Source: Candidatus Micrarchaeota archaeon
GTDB taxonomy: Archaea > Micrarchaeota > Micrarchaeia > Norongarragalinales > Norongarragalinaceae
Assembly (NCBI GenBank): GCA_016188965.1
Contig: JACPGT010000011.1
Span: forward strand, 9,798-73,797
Length of the DNA: 64,000 nucleotides
Reading direction: 5' to 3'
Below, in pieces: positions 59,462 through 64,000 of this stretch (its first letter is position 1; every line of letters starts with the position of its first letter). The notes beneath the pieces were generated by a model. The model saw nothing but the letters and a program-made list of their open reading frames with translations, was not told the origin of the DNA and ran no database searches. Both the position numbers and the translations under genes were made by a program.

Positions 59462-60367
59462 TCAAGGCGCGTGCCGGACGACCAAGACGGACGCGTCTTC
59501 GACTGGATGCGGCGAGCCGCGCATGAAGTACCGAAGCGAGCTTTTGAACCGCGCGATGAAGCCCGCGGCCTCCTTGAAGTCCCAACTTGACGCTTGGCTC
59601 AAGAGGTGTGGTCCGAAAAACCGGCGCTTGCGGTCCCGCGCCTCTTCCACGCCGTCCGAATAAGAAACCAACGCATCGTGATGGCCCAAGTCCAGCACGC
59701 GCGGACGGTACGAACGGGGATGGTCCTTTAAGAACAGGCCAAGGTTCGGCAGGTCGCTGGGTACTCCTTGGCCGGGATTGAACCAGTCGAGGCGCGAGCC
59801 TAGCGGGTCCGAACCCCGGTGGACGAAAAGGGGCATGCCGGCGAAATTGAGGTAGTGCACCCGGACGTGGGATGGCCGGGAACCGCCGTGCTCCACGGCC
59901 ACCAACTGCATCAGGCCTTGCGCAAAGACGGGGTGGGCGCCGGTGCATCCGAAGCCCGACGCGCGCATGAAATGGTACGCGTCGGAAGCGACCGATTTGA
60001 GGGCCTTGCCTTCCTGACCCGGGATGAAACGCAGCTTTGGTAGGGAATTGGCCACGCTGGCTGAAAACAAGTGGGACAGCACGTGAGCTGTCGCTCCTTT
60101 GCCCACCCAGTCCATGTGATGCGCCCAATAGTACGAAATCTTGCGGCCAGAACGGCCCAAAGGCACGGTCTGCACATGACGCACCTGGACCACATCGCCT
60201 CCGGGAACGCCCCGCCAGGACTGCACATGGTGGGCCACGTCCAAATGAGGCATGGGCTGATCTGGCAATGGCGGGCGGTGCTGCGTATCAAATTCCGCCA
60301 GCCGCGCGGCATCCCGTTCGAGGAACGCCTGCCGGGCCGAACGCGGCGTCCGGGGGCCTAAAACCAT
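59462..60367 (-). CDS. SpoIIE/PP2C-like phosphatase domain protein (divergent)
   Basis: GGD, DWVGKG, NFAG, YSDGVEEARD, EDASVLVV. Confidence 0.7.
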   Translation of the reverse strand: MVLGPRTPRSARQAFLERDAARLAEFDTQHRPPLPDQPMPHLDVAHHVQSWRGVPGGDVVQVRHVQTVPLGRSGRKISYYWAHHMDWVGKGATAHVLSHLFSASVANSLPKLRFIPGQEGKALKSVASDAYHFMRASGFGCTGAHPVFAQGLMQLVAVEHGGSRPSHVRVHYLNFAGMPLFVHRGSDPLGSRLDWFNPGQGVPSDLPNLGLFLKDHPRSYRPRVLDLGHHDALVSYSDGVEEARDRKRRFFGPHLLSQASSWDFKEAAGFIARFKSSLRYFMRGSPHPVEDASVLVVRHAP

Positions 60368-60505
60368 GAAGAGCACAGGACGTATAGAGAAAATAAGGCT
60401 TTACAAGGGAGCCGTAAAGCATCGGTTTAAAATAACGTCCTGCCCTAAGAATCCACGAGGCAAAAACGCTTCTTTTTCGCATTGATTTTCAGGTGATTTG
60501 GGACC

Positions 60506-60916
60506 ATGGTGGACGATTCGACCGCGACTTCACAGGCCATTCCGCAAGCCGAAAGCGGCGCCCCGGCCTCGGGCGAGGCGGACGACATAACCGAAGAGGA
60601 AAGCGAAAAGCTGCCGTTTCCGAACGCCCGCGTCGTGCACATCATCAAGGAGAACCTCAAGCGCGAGCACCAGGTCAAGCGCGAGGCGAAGCTGGCGGCC
60701 AACGAGCTGCTCGGCGAGATCATGGCCGACATCGCGCAGACCATGGACAACGAGGAATACTTCACCCTGTCCGTCGAGCACTTCAACAAAGCGGCGCGCA
60801 AGTACCGCGAAATCGGCCTGAACAAGAAACGCATCATCCGCATCAAGAAAGTGCTGGAAAAGCAGCGCGCCGAACTGGATGAGATCATCGCCGAAATCGA
60901 GCTGGAAAACCCGTAG
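60506..60916 (+). CDS. Histone-fold protein with acidic N-terminus
   Basis: LPFPNARVVHIIKE...AKLAANELL...TLSVEHF. Confidence 0.75.
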   Translation: MVDDSTATSQAIPQAESGAPASGEADDITEEESEKLPFPNARVVHIIKENLKREHQVKREAKLAANELLGEIMADIAQTMDNEEYFTLSVEHFNKAARKYREIGLNKKRIIRIKKVLEKQRAELDEIIAEIELENP

Positions 60917-61040
60917 AAGAACGGGAACCGAACGCGAAGGAAAAAATAAACAGCAGGGGCACAACGAACAACAAAGCAAAGTGCCGAAGCCGTCTTTTTC
61001 CCCACTGCCATGAACCGCCCAACCCCCTCGTGAATCAATC

Positions 61041-61919
61041 GTGACCGAACTGAAAGAACAACTTCACAAGGCCAAGGCCGACGTCCAGGCCGTCCAGGAA
61101 CAGGCGTATGCCCTGCGCTTGAAGAGCCGCGAGGCCATCGCCGACGTCAAGAAGTTCTACGCCGACGCGGCCGAACTCAAGAAAATGCGCGACGCCGAGA
61201 ACGAGAAAGTCCGGGAATTCAAGAAAAAACGGCAGGAAGCCGAAAGCAAAGTCACCGAGGCCATCGAGAAGCTCAAGCCGTTACGCGGCCAATTGGACGG
61301 CCTGCCCCGCGCCGAGTCGCCCGGCCGCCTGCGCGCGGAACTGGAACGCCTCGAGTGGGAACAGCAGACTGAAGCCGTCTCGCCGAAAGCCGAAAAGGAA
61401 CTCTCGCGCCGCATCAAGGATTTGCGCGAACAACTCGCACCGGCTGAAAAGGCGCGAGGCGTGTTCGAACAAATCAAGCCCTTGGAGGAAAACCTGCGGG
61501 CGGCCACGGCCGAAGTCCGCATTTACCGAACCGAATTGGCCAAGCATGCCAAGGCCTCCGACGCCCACCATGAAGCCATGCTCAAATTGTACAAGAAAGC
61601 CGAATCGCTATCCAAGAAAATCGGCGAGAATCTCAAGCAACTTGACGAGAAACGCGCCTTGCTGGACGAGGAGCGAAAGGAATTCTTCCAAATCCAAGGC
61701 CAGGTCAAAGGCGCCGAAAAAGCCCAGATGGATGCCCGCCGCGCAGAGGAAAAAGCCGAACGCGACCGCATCCAGGCCGAAAAAGAAGCGGAGCGCAACG
61801 CCATCAAGCAGAAAGCCACCGGCATTGCCGAAAAAGCGCTGGAAAAGTTCCGCGCCGGCGGCAAACTGACGTGGGAAGACCTCCAAGCCATCCAGGAAGC
61901 CGGATTGGAACTCAAATAA
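61041..61919 (+). CDS. Archaeal coiled-coil protein (COG1340-like)
   Basis: LEWEQQT...EKEL, HEAM, KFRAGGKLTWEDL. Confidence 0.8.
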   Translation: MTELKEQLHKAKADVQAVQEQAYALRLKSREAIADVKKFYADAAELKKMRDAENEKVREFKKKRQEAESKVTEAIEKLKPLRGQLDGLPRAESPGRLRAELERLEWEQQTEAVSPKAEKELSRRIKDLREQLAPAEKARGVFEQIKPLEENLRAATAEVRIYRTELAKHAKASDAHHEAMLKLYKKAESLSKKIGENLKQLDEKRALLDEERKEFFQIQGQVKGAEKAQMDARRAEEKAERDRIQAEKEAERNAIKQKATGIAEKALEKFRAGGKLTWEDLQAIQEAGLELK

Positions 61920-61957
61920 AGGCAAAGCCTGAAGAAGGCAACCCCCCTACTTTTCGA

Positions 61958-62338
61958 ATGCGCGACATCCTGTACGCGTTACGCCACGTCCCCGCCACTG
62001 TGCACGAGTGGAAGGACAAGGCAGAGCAAAAGAAAATCCAGAGCGCAGTGACGCAGCTTCGCCGGATCCGGAAAGCCGAACGCGACGGAAAAGTACGCGG
62101 CATCCCATTGAGCAAAGGCGACGTCTACGTCGCACCCCATCCGGCCGCGAAGCCGAACGGGTCGTACCCCGTCCCGTGGAATGAGAACGGCGGCCTGGAA
62201 CATTTTTTCCACCAATTGGGACGCCTGAACGAACGAATGGAGCAAAATGGCCGCCATGAGGCGTTCAAGGAATTGAACGCCGAAGTCGCCCGCGTGGAAG
62301 CCCTCCTCCTGCCACCGTTGAAAACCAAAGCCCGCTGA
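61958..62338 (+). CDS. Hypothetical protein
   Basis: ORF fills the gap between co-oriented genes. Confidence 0.5.
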   Translation: MRDILYALRHVPATVHEWKDKAEQKKIQSAVTQLRRIRKAERDGKVRGIPLSKGDVYVAPHPAAKPNGSYPVPWNENGGLEHFFHQLGRLNERMEQNGRHEAFKELNAEVARVEALLLPPLKTKAR

Positions 62339-62348
62339 GTGAAACCCT

Positions 62349-63233
62349 ATGACCAAGACCATCGCCGTCGTGGGCGCCGGAGGCGTGGGGGCCGAAACCC
62401 TGCTGCGGCTGAAACCCACGCACCACAGAATCCGCGTCATCGACCGCGATTTCATCGACGAAGACACGCTCAAACGCCAGACGCTCTACCGCAAAGCCGA
62501 CTTAGGAAACCTCAAGGCGGATGCCGCGGCACGCAAATTGGGCAAACGGTTCGAAGCCGTCAGCGAACACCTGTCCGAAGAGAACGCCGAAGCCCTGCTG
62601 AAAGGCGCGGACGTCGTGCTGGACTGTACGGACAACTGGGCCACGCGCGCGCTCATCAACCAGTGGGCCTTGGTGAACCGCACGCCGTGGATCTTCACGT
62701 CGGCCATCCGCAGCGAAACGATGACGACCTGCCTGACGCCGCAGACCGCGTGCTTCATCTGCTGGAACCCCAGCGCGCAAACGCCGCGCTCCTGCCGCGC
62801 CGAAGGCATCCGCAAAGCCACCACGGCCACGGCCGGCCACACCCAAGTGATAGAATTAGACGCGTTACTGGCCGGAAAGCCTAGTTTAGCCGGAAAACTG
62901 CAGTACACCGACGTGCAGGCAAAGACGTGCACCACGACGGCACTTTTAAGAAATCCGAACTGCCCAGCATGCATGAAAAAAACGTTCCGCTTGCCGAAAA
63001 CCAAGGCGCTGACGTTGTGCGGCAGCGACGAGTTCCTCTTCCAGCTGGAAAAGCCCGTTTTGCAGAAAGCGTTGGCTTCCTTGAAGCCCGAACGATTCGG
63101 CCAAGTGACGAAAATCGCCTGGAAAAAAAGAGTCCTAGTCGTCTTTCCTTCCGGCCGCATCCTCGCCCGCGGCATGGACGAAAAACAAGCCCGGGCAGCT
63201 ATCGACACACTACGGCAGAAATCCGAAGCGTAA
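62349..63233 (+). CDS. ThiF/MoeB (E1-like) adenylyltransferase
   Basis: VVGAGGVG, IDRD, RQTLY, DCTDN, CFIC, SC, CPAC. Confidence 0.9.
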   Translation: MTKTIAVVGAGGVGAETLLRLKPTHHRIRVIDRDFIDEDTLKRQTLYRKADLGNLKADAAARKLGKRFEAVSEHLSEENAEALLKGADVVLDCTDNWATRALINQWALVNRTPWIFTSAIRSETMTTCLTPQTACFICWNPSAQTPRSCRAEGIRKATTATAGHTQVIELDALLAGKPSLAGKLQYTDVQAKTCTTTALLRNPNCPACMKKTFRLPKTKALTLCGSDEFLFQLEKPVLQKALASLKPERFGQVTKIAWKKRVLVVFPSGRILARGMDEKQARAAIDTLRQKSEA

Positions 63234-63278
63234 GGCAACGCCGGAGGAATTAAAGCCGCCAAAGCCATTACGACACGT

Positions 63279-63929
63279 ATGTTCCGATTGAGCGTGGCGT
63301 CCCGCGCCTTGGAAATGGCGAAGCGGGCGGATGACCGAAAAGCAGGCATCCGAGTGCAAGGCATCACGTGCGACACCCAAAGCATCCGGATTCCGGTCGA
63401 AAAAATAATCGACGACAAGAAAGTAGTGGAGCAACAGATGCGTTCTGGCGGCGCCGTCACGTTAAAGCTGCGGGCAACCGGCATCCGCCGCAACGCGGAC
63501 GCCCTCGTCCGGCTTTTGGCTGATTTGGTGCACGGCCAGCCGACCAACATGCACGAAGTGACGCGCCGGGATTTGGCCGCCGCCTTCGTCAGAACAAAAA
63601 GAGGCGTGCAAGTCGCCCCGAAAATAAAGGAAGGCGCCGTGCATGAAGTGCACGCCGTCATCCGCGAAAGCATCGGCACGATCCGCCAGCGCATCTGCCT
63701 GACTTACCGAGACCGCGGCTTGGACATCGAAATCCGATCCTGGCAGCCGGAAGGATTCGACCTGACCGGACTGAAGAAGACAGGTACCAACCCCGGACGG
63801 ATGGAAAGCGGATTCGTCCGTGATTTGCGCCACCTCCAAACCGGTTTCGAAGAACACGGAATAAACGTGCAGTGGCCCACCCAAACCCGGAGTTCAGGGT
63901 GGCAGAGCGGGAGGCCCCGGAAAACGTAA
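63279..63929 (+). CDS. Hypothetical protein
   Basis: 216-aa ORF after a TTAAAG box. Confidence 0.5.
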   Translation: MFRLSVASRALEMAKRADDRKAGIRVQGITCDTQSIRIPVEKIIDDKKVVEQQMRSGGAVTLKLRATGIRRNADALVRLLADLVHGQPTNMHEVTRRDLAAAFVRTKRGVQVAPKIKEGAVHEVHAVIRESIGTIRQRICLTYRDRGLDIEIRSWQPEGFDLTGLKKTGTNPGRMESGFVRDLRHLQTGFEEHGINVQWPTQTRSSGWQSGRPRKT

Positions 63930-64000
63930 GGCCCATCGAAACCCAGGAAGATCAGGCGTGCATGCGGCGGGCCAGTTCCGAAAGCCACGCATGCACCGCC

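Overview
Archaeal chromosomal segment, most likely from a DPANN lineage such as Micrarchaeota (inferred from gene content and short proteins). The core backbone carries a DEAD-box helicase, secF/secD, prs, radA, nurA-herA/mre11-rad50, RPA/SSB, GGGP and DGGGP synthases, rtcA, srp54, cca, EF-1beta, ribL, ychF, cdc6, peptidases, a histone-fold protein, tRNA-Leu(CAG) and tRNA-Arg(GCG). Accessory content: (i) two type IV pilin-like surface proteins with a shared N-terminus (67-bp exact DNA repeat) and unrelated C-terminal payloads, inserted inside the nurA-herA-mre11-rad50 cluster; (ii) an AT-rich island (~11.2-16.8 kb) with a KaiC-KaiC-V4R-antiporter operon, a second UbiA, wHTH regulators and an IS5 remnant, across which local GC skew flips; (iii) seven toxin-antitoxin modules, most with a palindromic operator; (iv) a candidate ~165-nt structured ncRNA near 57.1 kb and two long structured 5' leaders. 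No CRISPR array was seen. All calls come from motif reading, not database searches.
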